64,000 bases of DNA. Source: Raillietiella orientalis (taxonomy: Eukaryota). The position numbers were made by a program, and so were the translations under genes. Under the pieces are notes generated by a model. That model saw only the letters and a program-made list of their open reading frames with translations, was not told the DNA's origin and made no database searches. The stretch spans positions 744,001 to 808,000 of the forward strand of contig JAYWIR010000001.1 in assembly GCA_036172245.1 (NCBI GenBank), read 5' to 3'. Below are positions 13,570-24,949 of this stretch, in pieces (position 1 is the first letter of the stretch; every line of letters begins with the position of its first letter).

Positions 13570-13800
13570 CGACCGGATGCGGCTCGTCTAGGCGGCAGGT
13601 CATCTGGAGTGCATGCGAGGCTTGGGAGAGCGGAGGTTGCCTGTTTGACCGCTACTACCGCGATCAAACAGGCACCCGGTGGGGAGAGGGGAGCAGAATT
13701 GCAGGAGTGCAAGCAAAGAAGCTTGCCTTCCGCGCGAAGTGGGACGGCATGAAGAACGAGGTCACGTGCCTCTGGGCACGTTCTCGACATGACTATTTCC
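13570..13800 (+). mobile_element. Possible RTE-like RT N-terminal fragment
   Basis: SACEAWESGGCLFD...GEGSRIAGVQAKKLAF resembles CxxAWxSGxxPxDW...KGDRxxCxNYR. Confidence 0.25.
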
Positions 13801-14199
13801 GAGGTTCGGTAAAGGAATCGAACCTCGAGCGAATTCTCTCCGAGACTACTGGAAGACCTTCAGCCCTTGTGCAGGAACACCAAAGTCCCGATCGCGGGAG
13901 CCGAAGAGGTCAGCCGCCCGAAGCGCGCACGAAACGCCAACGCGTGCCCAAGTCTGGCAGCAAGAGGAAAAAAGGGTCTGCCTAGAGGCGGGAACGCTGC
14001 CACTCTGGGAGCGTGGGAGACCGTCGAAAAGACAGTAGCAGAAGTCACTGGCGACTGTGGAGTGGAGTTAAGGATTCATCCCGAGCGTCCAACGAAGCCA
14101 GGCATGGTGTCCCCTGGTCGACCAGCAGCCCTGCAGGGGAGGAGGACTGCAAGGGGTCTCCAGCCACCTTCCTACCAGCGAGGGCTTCCCGCGTTCGAC

Positions 14200-14305
14200 A
14201 CCTATTCATGCAGCGCGCCTTGCGCCAATGTGCTCGCGCTGCAGAATGTCGGCCGCGATTCCTTGGTCTTTCTGGTTTTCCTGGATTTTTCTCCCTTCTT
14301 CCTCC
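14200..14305 (+). repeat. Dispersed ~100 bp repeat, copy 2
   Basis: Alignable by eye to 10845-10950. Confidence 0.85.
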
Positions 14306-15499
14306 TCTTCTTCCTCCTCCATCCCTCCTCTTTCTCTTCCTTTCCCCTCCTCTTCCCTTCCCCCCTTCTCCTCACCCCTGCCAAGGAACGGCCAGGACGA
14401 CGGCGGCAGAGGTTGGAATGGACTCCTTCGGCTCCGCACCCAGTCAGCGCAAGAAGGTGGCGCACGGACGCTGGCCCGGATCCGACCCCGTCCCGACCAA
14501 GAGGGACCCGCGCCGTCGGACGTACCGGGCGACAGCGCCCACGCAGGCACGCGAGGAGAGGTAGGTAGGTTGGAAGGGATGGAGAGAGGGGGAGGGGTGA
14601 CTGGTGGAAACCGTGAAAACGCTTCGCTCATCCTCTCTGTCTGAAGAAAGCGAGCGTCGGTTCCCGTGACCGTCGTCGGTTTTCCGAGGTCCCGGGACCT
14701 CAGGAGCGATGGGGCTCAGCAAGAGTCGGAGATGCTGCAAGGACGCGCGTGAACCAGGATAATGGGGTTGTCCGACAACAAGCGACACCTCCGGGAGGCA
14801 TCCTCAGTTCGGTCAGCGCCGCGCGATCGCGCTGGTGCACTCCCATATGTGGTGGCGTCCTCTGAAGAAGGTCGAGACCAGCGCTGAGACTCGTGCGACT
14901 CCCAGAGGTGAGCCAGCACGCTGGTCCCAGCGGCGAAATTCACTGGTGCAGGGCGGGAGGTCGAAAGGCGGCAGCGAACCTTCCTGACAAGGTCCTCGTT
15001 TAGGAGCGGGACTCTCGGGACGCGGGTATCCTCCAGAGGGCAGAGGACGAGCGAAGCGCGGAGAAGGGAAGGACCACGGCGGCTGGAGAGCTGCCGGCAT
15101 GCGGTCTGCAGGGTGCAACGTGCGTGCGCCCTCTCTGCCCCAGAGAAGCGGTCATTCGGTCACTCGACCAGCTGCATCGAGTGATTCTCACGCCCAGAGT
15201 AAGGGAGGGAGTGGGGGTGGAGGGTGGACGGGAGAAGCTTCGAAGGATCGTTCTCGGAATCGCACAGCTAGGCGACGGACGAGGGAGGCGCGTGGCTGTG
15301 AAGGGATGCTGGACATCCATTTTCCGTCTCGAAGTGCACCTTCAGTGCGCTTCTCTTAACGGAGCGTTTCCGGGAAATGCCCCTCGCAACCTCCGCGAAG
15401 TCGAATTCCAGGAAATTCATCTGGCGGGGAAAACAGGTGGGTGGCTTGGGACTCGGAAAAGAACACGAGCATGCCCTTCTGCGGAAGCAGAGAGCAGGA

Positions 15500-16065
15500 A
15501 CAAGGGAAAGCAGAAAAGAGGAAGGGAAGGAGGATGGAAAACGATAGACGAGGAAGAAGAAAGAGGAGGAAAGAAAGAGGAAGGAGAGAGGAGGGTGAAA
15601 GGAGAATAACTGGGTGGAAGGAAAGAGGAGAAGGCGGGAAGAAGATAAGGAGGAGGAGAAAGAAGGGAAGAGGAGGAAGGGAAGAAGAGAGGAGAAAGGA
15701 AGAAAAAGAGAAAAGGAAGAAGAAGGAAAGAGAAGGAAGAGGAAAGGAGGAAGAGGAAGAAGGAAGGAAGGAAAGAAGAGAGGAAGAAGTGGAAGGATGA
15801 TGCAAGGAGGAAGAGGAAGAAGAAGAGGAAAAGGAGGAGGGGAAGGAAAGAGGAAGGGAAGAGTAGGAGGAAAGAGGGGAAGAGGAGGAGGAAAGAAGGA
15901 GAATAACTGGGAGTAGGGAAAGAGAAGGAAAAAAGGAGGCAAAGAAAAAGAGGAGAAGAAGGTGGAGAGAGGAGGAGAAATTGAAGGGAAGAGGACGAGG
16001 AGAAAGATCAGAAGAGAGAAGGAGAAGATGGGAAAAGGAGGAGGAGGAGTGAGGAAGACTGAAGA
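15500..16065 (+). repeat. Long aperiodic purine (G/A) tract, representative of ~16 such tracts
   Basis: Almost exclusively G/A. Others lie at about 229-385, 10930-11030, 14290-14375, 18545-18915, 20600-20945, 22565-22895, 24550-24880, 26495-26620, 28710-28955, 50810-51050, 52172-52236, 58810-59400, 60830-60955, 61685-61820 and 63130-63470, on either strand. Confidence 0.97.
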
Positions 16066-16069
16066 ATGG

Positions 16070-16600
16070 TGCCTCTGGGAGCCATTCTCCGGCATGGCTG
16101 TCATCGGTGCGTTGTCTGGAAGACCACGGCCATCACGCCAGCAGCGGCAGCTCGCCTTGTCTGGAAACCATCCTCCTTTCCCCAACTCATCGCGATGCTC
16201 CTTCATGCCATGACTGCGATGCACCAGCCTACGTCGGCCCCTCGGTCCCAACCCTGCAGCAAGCGCAGCACACCCTGAGGTTCGTTACCGGGTCATTCCT
16301 AGAAAACCGAGCCACTCTGGGCGTGGCGCGGTGCAGCACCAGCCGGAGTGCGAGGTGCGACCGCTGACCAAGTGAGAAGGAAGAGACAGCCTCAAGGAGC
16401 AGTCGCCTTCTAGTCTTTGGCAGAGGCCCTGAAGATCACCCGTCCGTCTGTTGGAAGCAAACACTTGCGCGCAAACGAGTTTTCTTGGAGATGTGCAGGA
16501 GGAGGTCGTGGACGACCGTCGGGCGAAGGGAGGCCGAGTCACCTAACACTATCGTTCTCTCTTCTCATGGGAAACCGCGAAAGATCCAGAGGATGATTGG
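16070..16600 (-). mobile_element. Decayed LINE RNase H and C-terminal knuckle
   Basis: WLGFLGMT/GNEPQG (RNase H GxxGNExAD, frameshifted) followed by SHG...DKASCRCWRDG (HG...CxC). Confidence 0.4.
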
Positions 16601-17496
16601 CAGGAGTCCTGAAGCACGTCGAAGTCTCAGGAAGAGGCGAGTCCGGGATGCAGACGCGTGGCTGACTCCCCCTCGAGCTGGGATGCGTTTCCACGGCTCC
16701 GCTCTCCCGGCAGCCGGCTGTGCCACTCCTGCCCGCTGATCCGCGACCCCACGAACAGCAGTCGAAAAATTAGGGGCGGCATGTCTCGTAGAGCCTCGCG
16801 AGGCGCTTGAAAACCGAACCCTGGGAGATTCGATTAGCCGCCGTGGGCCACAGACGTATCTCCAGAGGGAATCTGGATGGAACAAACAGACTTCTGTCCG
16901 GAGTGACGGCTCATTACTTACACACGTCTCTTTTACGTGCGGGGTTGTGACGTGTCGGCATTTTCTTTTTTGCTTGTGCGAAATCCAGGGGAAAGGGAAC
17001 GAAGGTAAATACGGGAACAGGAACGTAGATGAATCCCTGCGAGAGGATGCAAATCAATTAACACCTTCGCGTAGCGCAAGTAAGGTTTTGTTGCGTACAA
17101 TACACACACGTGCAAACCTCCCCCTCCCGCCTCCCCTCAAAAAAAAAAGCAACAGCAAAGAATGCTCCCTTCCTTCGGCCGTCGGTTTCTGGAGGTATCC
17201 TGATTGGGCACGAGCCACATTGGCAACCTGTCCTTTCCCCAGAGCAGCCATGGGCAGTCATTTTGCAACCACTTCTGCAACGGGCCACGGGTCCATTCCA
17301 GGAGTGCGTGCAGTGGCTCGCCTTCTTGCAAATAAGGAATGCCCCGCTCGAGACTGTCCCAAATTCGAAATTGCCAGCATCTTTATTTTTTTGCTTATTT
17401 TTTTCATGCTTTAGGAATCTTGTCTGTTTGCCGGTTCAGCCATCTGATCCTAGGTGCACTAGGAAGCAGGAATCGTCTCCCGGAAGTGGTCCGTCA

Positions 17497-17618
17497 TTAT
17501 CTCGAAAGCCAGCAAACGACCTGGGGAAGTAGTTCCTTATCTTGGAAAGAATCCCTCTATCTTGGGAGAGGATGGATGCAGTCTTGTATCTTGGGAGGCA
17601 GTGCCTTATCTTGAAAGG
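17497..17618 (+). repeat. Degenerate ~20 bp tandem repeat with TATCT(T/C)G core (5 units)
   Basis: TATCT at 17498, 17538, 17558, 17587 and 17607, each followed by (T/C)G(G/A)(G/A)A. Confidence 0.7.
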
Positions 17619-19029
17619 TTACCCTCTACCTCTCGGGTCGCAGGTTGTGCCCTTTCTCTCTGGAGCACTCTGCGCGAGAGCTCTCACGAAGGGTTCCGGC
17701 TTTCCAGATACTTACGCTGCAGCGAGCGCAGGGAACCTTCCCGCTTCCCTTTCCCCTTTGGTCCGAAAGCGCCCCCAGGCACTTGCACCCTCCTCCCAAG
17801 GAGCTCTCATGGAGCGAAAGGGGCACGCGCTCCTCACGCACGACCGGACCATCACGAACTCTTGGCGCTCCCTGTCCCCCGAGGGGAGGAAAAAAGCGCG
17901 TTGACTCCCCTTTTCTCTTCTTTCGCTGCCTCCCTTCTTTCACAAAAGGAAGAACTAAGTGATGCCACAAAAAAAAGTCTTTCAAATGGGATTGGCTTTC
18001 TTCCTCGATAGGACACCACAAATTTCTCCTGTGGGATCCACGTTGATGGCCACAAGTCCTTCCTACGTTTCCAGCGAGGAATAGAAATGTCCTTTTTTAT
18101 CCGATTATTGTTGGCCCCTATTGGTAATTCCTCCCGCAAAGAGGAGTTGTTTTGATTTAGTGGTCACGCCGGCCCATTTCGCGGAGGCGGCGGTACCGAG
18201 CCGGAATTTCGTTGGGATTGCGGGAGGGGGTCACGAGGGGCGCGGAGGGATCAGAGAATTGGCGGGCGCGTCGAGGGCGCACTTCGTCTCTATCCGGGGG
18301 AACAGCGTGGGCGGAAATGGGAAGCATCAGAGGCACACAAAGATCGAATTATCTTTCCATCATCGGGATTTTTTCTTTTTTTTCTTTCATTCCTCTCCCC
18401 ACGAGCGATCAACTGCGTCCTTCCTGGACTGCCATTCTGCCTGCTTCGGGCGCAAGCGCGCACCTCTGCCTTCCGCCCGGCATCTCGTCGGATCACGAAA
18501 CGGTCAGCGAAACGCGACGGCGGTGGATGCTGTGAGCTGTTGCATTTCTTCTGCTTCTCCGCTTCCATTCCTCCACCTTCTTCCCTTCCTTCTCCTTCCT
18601 CTTCCTCCTCCTTCCCTTCCTCTTCCTCCTCCTTCCCTTCCTCTTCCTCTTATCCTCTCACTCCTCTTACTCCCCCACTGGTCTTTCTCCTCCACCTCCT
18701 TTTCATATTTCTCTTGATCCCTTCCTCCTCTTCCTTCTCCCTTCGTCCTCCTCTTCCTCCTTCACTCTTTTTTGTCCTCATCCTCCTCCATCCAGCCTCT
18801 TTCTTCTCTTCTCCTCATCCGTTTTCGTCCACTCTTTTCCTCCTCCTTTTCTTCTTTCTACTCCTTTCCTTCTCCTCCTCTTCCCCTCTTTTCCGTCTCA
18901 TCTGGGTCTTTTCCTAGCTTGTCCGGCTGATTGCAGAGTGGTCGAAAGGCGGACCGTAGTTAAGCACCTTCAGAGTGCGGGTGGTTTCTCGTGGTTTCCT
19001 GGACTGCAAGATACAGTCCAGGAAACCAC

Positions 19030-19600
19030 GAGTACCCGGAAAACGAAGCAAGGGGAAAGGTCTGGTGCACGCAGCTTCCAGGAAGATTCCCATGCCTTCT
19101 CAGGCTGTGCTTCTCCCCAGATAACGCCTTGCCTTGCCTCTTCCCTCTGCCACCCACTCTCACCTCCCATCTCCTTAGCAAGTTCTTTCTCGAAGGCGGC
19201 ATTCCCAAGACCGGAGAAGACGACGAAGGAACGGTTCCCTCTCCCAGAAAAGTGCTGCAGAGACCATGTGGGGTCGGGAGTGAGTCGACCCCGAGGCGTA
19301 GCTCACGCGACTCCCTTGGGCGTCTCACAGCGCATGGCGCTGCTGCAGCGCGTCTGCGGCAGCTCATCGAGGGAGAGATGGAATGATGACAGGAGCTCAA
19401 GGGCATGAGACAGGGTCGTCCACTCGCCTTTCATCTGCAGGGGCCTTGGGAAGTAGGGTGGGATCTCGGAAATTCCCTCGCGAACGGCACTCCCGACCTA
19501 CCAGGAGCTCGCTCTCCGCAGGACAGGGAAGAAGTGGGTTCCAAGGAAGGGGGTTTCGGGCAGGACCCCTGCTGCCGCCGAAAAAATCCCCGTTCTCACA
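19030..19600 (+). mobile_element. Decayed LINE RT N-terminal half
   Basis: SFSKAAFPRPEKTT...FPLPEK (GxFPxxWK..IPK), SRPRGVAHATPLG (YRPIxLxxxLG) and GMRQGR (QYGFRxGRS), in order. Confidence 0.5.
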
Positions 19601-20949
19601 GGTTTTCTCTCTGCTGCTCCATTCTTCGGCGAAGAGCGGACGCCGCTGTCGTCATTCCCGCTTTTCCAGATCATCGGAAATCCCGCTTTCCGTGTCTCCT
19701 CCTTTTCTTGCTGGAAGATTCAAAGGGCTCTCCGGAAGGAACAAAAAGAAAATGAAAAAGAGAAACAGGAAGAAAGGGAAGAAAAGAGGTCGGGGAGGGG
19801 GAGAAGGGAAGGAGAGGGGACGAAAAGAAGTCGCCTCTCCCGCTCTCACCGCGCACGGGAGTCCGGGCTAACGAGCGCGCGCGCGCGCGCGGAAAGGGTG
19901 AGAACGTCACCCGGGAAGAGACGAGGAAGGATAATTCTTCCGGGATTGGTTTTCCTTTCAAGTCCCGCCGCTGTGCAGGATGAGGTTTGATGAAAGAAGG
20001 AGGGAGAGCAGGGAAGACGGGAGAGGATGACTCGCCCCATTCAGAAGAGGACCGAACCCTTCTTCACACACGCTCATCTCGAAAAGAATTACCACTCTTT
20101 GAATGGCTGTCGAGGACCCGCCGAGGGGGCGCTCCTGCGCCGCTCCCGTGGATGAATTCCTCCAGGAGATTATTTTCTTTCAAAGGGAAGGGGTCAGAAA
20201 TTCATCATCTCCCGGAGACCCCGGCAGCGGATTTGACGACCCTGTAACCCGCTGTCGCCAGGTTCCTTGGGTAAACAGGGAGCCGTCCGCACGCGTAAAC
20301 AGGGTGGCGACGACGGGCGCGCGCGTCTTTCCAGGGGCGGATTCACCCCTACCCCCACCCCATCCCACCCATTGCCACGCTCCCTCACTCTCTCTTTCTC
20401 CCTTTCTTTTTCCCCGAACAGAGAAAAAGAGTAAGAGGAGAAGGAGTGAAAAGGAAGAGGCTGCCTGAGACTGCCGCTGGCTCGGACCAGCAGCGCTGAG
20501 ACACCTTCACGAAATCGGGAAGAAAAGGAGAGAGGAACAGAAAGTAGGAGGGTGGAGGGAACACCCTTAGAGCTGCTAATGGACTTCCACCTCTCATCCA
20601 TTTTCCCCCTCCTCCTCCTTCTTCCTTCCTCCTCCTTCTTCCCTCCTCCTCTTCTCTTCCCTTCTTTCTCCTCTTTCCTTCTTCCTCCTCCTTTTTCCTA
20701 ACTCCCACTCTTCCTTCTTTCTTTCCTTCTCCTTTTCTCTTCCCTTCTTCCTTATCTTCTGATCCTGCTTCCTTTTTCCTTCAACCTCTTCCTCCTTTTC
20801 TACTTCTTTTCTTCCCTTCTTCTTCCTGTCTCCTCTTTTTCCTCCTCTTTCTTTCCTATCTCTCTTCCCTTCCTTTTCCTCTTTTCTTCCTTCCTTCCTT
20901 CCTTCCTCCTTCTCCTCTTTCCTTCTTCCTTCTCCTCTTCTTCCAAAAG

Positions 20950-21300
20950 TCATGGGCACCACCGCCCTACGATTCCTCCTGTCTTGCAGGGTCGTGCTCA
21001 CGGGTGCTTCCGCATTGCTTCCGTCCTCCCTCTGCCAGCTGCTTTCGCTTCCAGACCGTGGGTGGGCAGCGGGCTGAAGTGAGCGGAGGGAAGCGGAGGG
21101 CAGGGCGTGGCTTTTTGGGCGCACTCCTTGAGCGTGATCGCAGACTTGGCCTGCCTCGATCTGCCTCGACGCTCGCGTCTCACCCTTTCCTCCCTCCCCT
21201 CCGCACCCCCGGGATTCTCGCATCCATCTCGAGACTCTCCCTGGATACTGGAAGCGTATTCCTACGGAGGCGGAGGCGCGCGCACCCTCGTCAACCAGCT
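20950..21300 (-). mobile_element. Decayed LINE RT C-terminal/thumb fragment
   Basis: RFQYPGRVSR (KYLGVxLD) followed by QGVRPK...QP...SGSESSW (WGL...P...YG..W). Confidence 0.4.
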
Positions 21301-22949
21301 GCCGTGGTTCGGCAGACTTCCCGGGAGGCCCTTTCGCTCTCTCGTCTCCGTCGCGGTCTTGCGGGGAGTGCTCCGACGAAGCGGGGGAGCGCCGCTGGGG
21401 AAAAGGGCGGCGGCAGGAAGTCTCCCCCGGAATCGATTTCCCGTGAAACACCCACCCTGCTCCCGGCTCGTGCTGAGCTCCTGTTCCTTAAATTACCCGC
21501 GTCAGCTCGCGGGGAAGGCGAGCCCATCGAGCGCGCCGCAGGAAGAGCTGGCTGCACTCTCCCAGCGAGGACCGCGCGGGTGCCCGGGAAGCGGGGAAAC
21601 GCGCGCGCTCCCCACGCGCCATTAAGCGGCGAGCCAGACGTCATCCGGCCACTGTGGGAATGAAATCATTAGGGCAGCGGGAGCCACAATGAGGATGATC
21701 GCGGCGCGCGCGTCCCCTCCCCATCCCGCGCGCGCTTCCCTCGTGCGGCCTTTCTGAGCCATTAACCGGGAGATCATCAAAAGAGCATCCCCAAGTGCTC
21801 CAGATCCCGCGAGGGAGCGGCCGTGAGGGCGCGCCGCGCGTCCGGGGTCCAGGGAGGGGGCGCTTGCCCTCACCCCTTTCTTCGTCCCGCCCGCCCGCCT
21901 GCACACCCCTTTCCTGGAGACCGAGCGCGTACCCACTCGCAGGCGGACGCGAGAGACGGAGAACGGGGGCACAACGAGGGGGTAAGGACGGGATGAGGGC
22001 TCCGCCGAAAGCGGCATCTCAAGGGCGAGCTGCCTCCGAAAGTTCCAGCAAACGCCGAGGAGACCGCAAGCGCGCACGACGTCATTAACTCCCACAGTCG
22101 GGAGAAGTGGCACTCGGTTCAGCGCGCCTCTCCTTCCTCCTCCTCTCCCTGTTCCCCTCCCTCCAGACTCCCTCACCGCCTCCGCCTTCCATGGAGCATT
22201 CATAGCTCTCCTCCCTCTCCCTCTTGCACTCCGCTGGCGGCAAGCTTCGCCTGAACGCCTTCCCTTCGGCCAGGTCGTGGTGGCACTTCCGCCCGAGCGG
22301 GCGGCTTTCGGACGCCGCACGACGCTCACTGGAGCATCCTTCAGCGAAGGCGTAGAAAAAGAGGAAGGTAGGAGAGAAAAATGAAGGTAGAAGAGGAGGA
22401 GGAGAGAAGAGGAAGAAGAGGAGACCTCGCAAAGACCTCATTCCACCTTTCCTGATCTGCCTTCGCGAAGGCTCGGCCTAACCGAGCGTCTTCGTCGTCC
22501 CTCGCTCGGTTTTTCGGCGCCCGTTTCTAAGGGTCGACAGGACGGTGCCCCACCTCTGAGAGTCCGAGAAAAAAGTGAGAGGAGAAGGGGAAGAAGAGGA
22601 GAAATGTGATGGTGGTAGTGGAGGAGGAGGAGGAGGAAGGGAAGAGAAAGGAAAGAAGGAAGATAAGAAGAGAATGAAGAGGAAGAGATGAAGGAAAGAA
22701 AGAGGAAGAGAAGGAAGGGAGAGGGGGAGGAAGAGACGAAAGAAAGGAGAAAGAGGGGAAGATAGGGAGGAAGAAAAGGAAAAGGAAGGAAAGAGGAGGA
22801 AAGGAGGTGGAGGAGGAATAGAGGAAGAAAGGAAGGAGGGGAGGACGAGAAGAAGATGAAGATGAAGAGACGAAGGAAAGAAGGAGGAAGAAGGGACACT
22901 CCTTAAGAGCTGCTGACGAGTAGGGGATCATGGGCATGCCGCAAAGTGG

Positions 22950-24250
22950 GCTCCTCCTTCTTCCCCTCCCCATCCGAAAACGGCATCCACTTCGCACCCA
23001 GATTTGTAGCAGATATCACCCGGTCCGGACCCCAGCGATCTGGAGGCTGGGGAGCGCGAGAGCCCTTTCTGCTGCCGCGGTTTCTGCCGCGTTCCCAGGG
23101 CTTAGCAGGAGGTCAGCGAGGCTTAGAGGGGAAAAGCCCACGGCGTTGCACTCCCGCTTTTATGTTTCTTTTTCCCGGTCACAAATAGCCCTCTTTCGGA
23201 TTGGATGACATTTTCGAGGAGGGGAGGAGTTGCAGAGGTGAACGACCATGGGAAGTGTCCGGTCGGCAGTGCTCACATCCATCCACTCCGTGGCAGTTTT
23301 GCCGGCCGATTTCCCCCGCAGCATCGGTCCCTGGTAGCCCTTCCTCCGCCTCCACCCTCTGGTGCTCCTCTATCGGGGTATCCAGGAGGCAAGGCGATTC
23401 TCCATGGTCGTCCCGAGGAGAGCAGAGGGCACTATCCCTGAGGAAGGGAGGCGGCCAGGCAGGATATCCTCTCGGTCACATAGACACGGCGCTTGATGAT
23501 CGGATAGGTCGCTCTCCGGACCGGGACGCCTCCTTCCTCCAGCGAAGACGTGTGGACGGGCGAAGCGCCACACCAGCGCCCGCGGAAACCCGAGCGAGGT
23601 GCCCCTCGGGATCCGCGCGCGTGTTCCCTCCTTCTCCCCGCGCAGCAGGGGCGACCGGCAGCCTCGCCTCTGTTTGCCTTCTCTTCCTCCCCATCGACCC
23701 CCTCTTTCTGTCCCCTTCCGAGAGCGGCTGCCCCCAGCTTCCCTCCTTTCGTCACGGTTCCGTGAGTCTCCGCTTTCTCTCATCCCCTTCCACCTCTCTC
23801 CTGTGCCTCCCACAACCACTCTGGCTCGGCGACGGAGGTCCAAAGCAGAATGACGCGCACGTGGTCGTCCGAAGGAGCAGCAGCAGGAGAGGGGATGACG
23901 ATCCTGCCTTCGACTCCTATCCCCTTCCTTGGGGGATCGTTCCTTGCCGGTTTGGTGCGGCGGATGCCACTATTGACATCCAAAAGTCCCTGAAGGCGGC
24001 GGTTGCGACCCTTCTGCTTCTCCGTCGACGTTTCCAAAGAGTGCGCGGGATCAGATCGCACGACGCAGGATCCCCAGACCTTCCTCTTTCCTTCCCCAGA
24101 AATGGATCCTTCAGAAATGCCTCGGGGAGCATTCTGAAGATTCGAAAAGCCACTGCAAAGGAAGTGCGGCAGGTAGGGGAGGCTGAGGCAGGTCCCCCTG
24201 GTGGATCTTTGAGACCCTTGGCGTCCGAAGGAGCCAGAGGTCCTTTCAGA
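22950..24250 (-). mobile_element. Decayed LINE RT
   Basis: KDPPGGPA, MLPEAFLK...GRSGDPASC and SLPQG*CPLL (GVPQGSxLxPxL), in order. Confidence 0.45.
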
Positions 24251-24949
24251 GGCGTCCGCAACCGGAAATGAGAGCCTGCGCTTCAGAGGTCATCCGACGG
24301 ACAACACCTGAAAAGCCACGTCAGCGCGCCCTATTGTGCGAGTGTGCTGAAGACACCTTCCGAAAGACGCAAAAGGAGGTTGGCGCGCGAGGCCCAGGGC
24401 AGCGGCAGCTGCCCTCAGCGTACTGGAGGCAGAGTTTTTTCTTTTGTCCTGCGCTTCTTTCCGGCAAAGCTGACATTGAACGGCCTCTGGATCAGCGTCA
24501 GGAGGAAAGGAGTGGTGCTTGTCTCTAGCGACCACGACGACCCCTTGAAATTCCCTTCCTCCCTTCCTCCCCTTTTCTCCTTCTTCCTCCTCCTTTCCTC
24601 CTTCCTTTTTGTTCTTTCTCTTCTTTCCTCTTCTTTTCTCTCCATTCTTCCTCCACTTCTTCCTCTTCTCTTCCTCCTCCCTGCCTAGCTTCCTCTTCTT
24701 CTCTTCCTCCTCCCCCATTCCTTCCTTTTCCTACCTGCTCTTCCTCGTCCCCCATTCCTTCCTCTTCCTACCTTCCTTCTTTTCCTCTTTTTTTCCTTCC
24801 TCTTCTGCTTCCCTCCCTCCTCCTCCTCTTCTCTTCCTCCTCCCTTATTTTCTCCCTTCCTCTTCCTTTCCTTCTTCCTCGTACTTCACTCATCATCACC
24901 ATCATTCTCCCCCTCTGCTTCTGCCTCCACCGGAGGGAAGCGGGTGATG

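Noticed and set aside
19875-19890. (GC)8 Z-DNA candidate, plus T24/G16 runs at 29808-29850
   Set aside because: Real but ordinary simple repeats with no supporting context.
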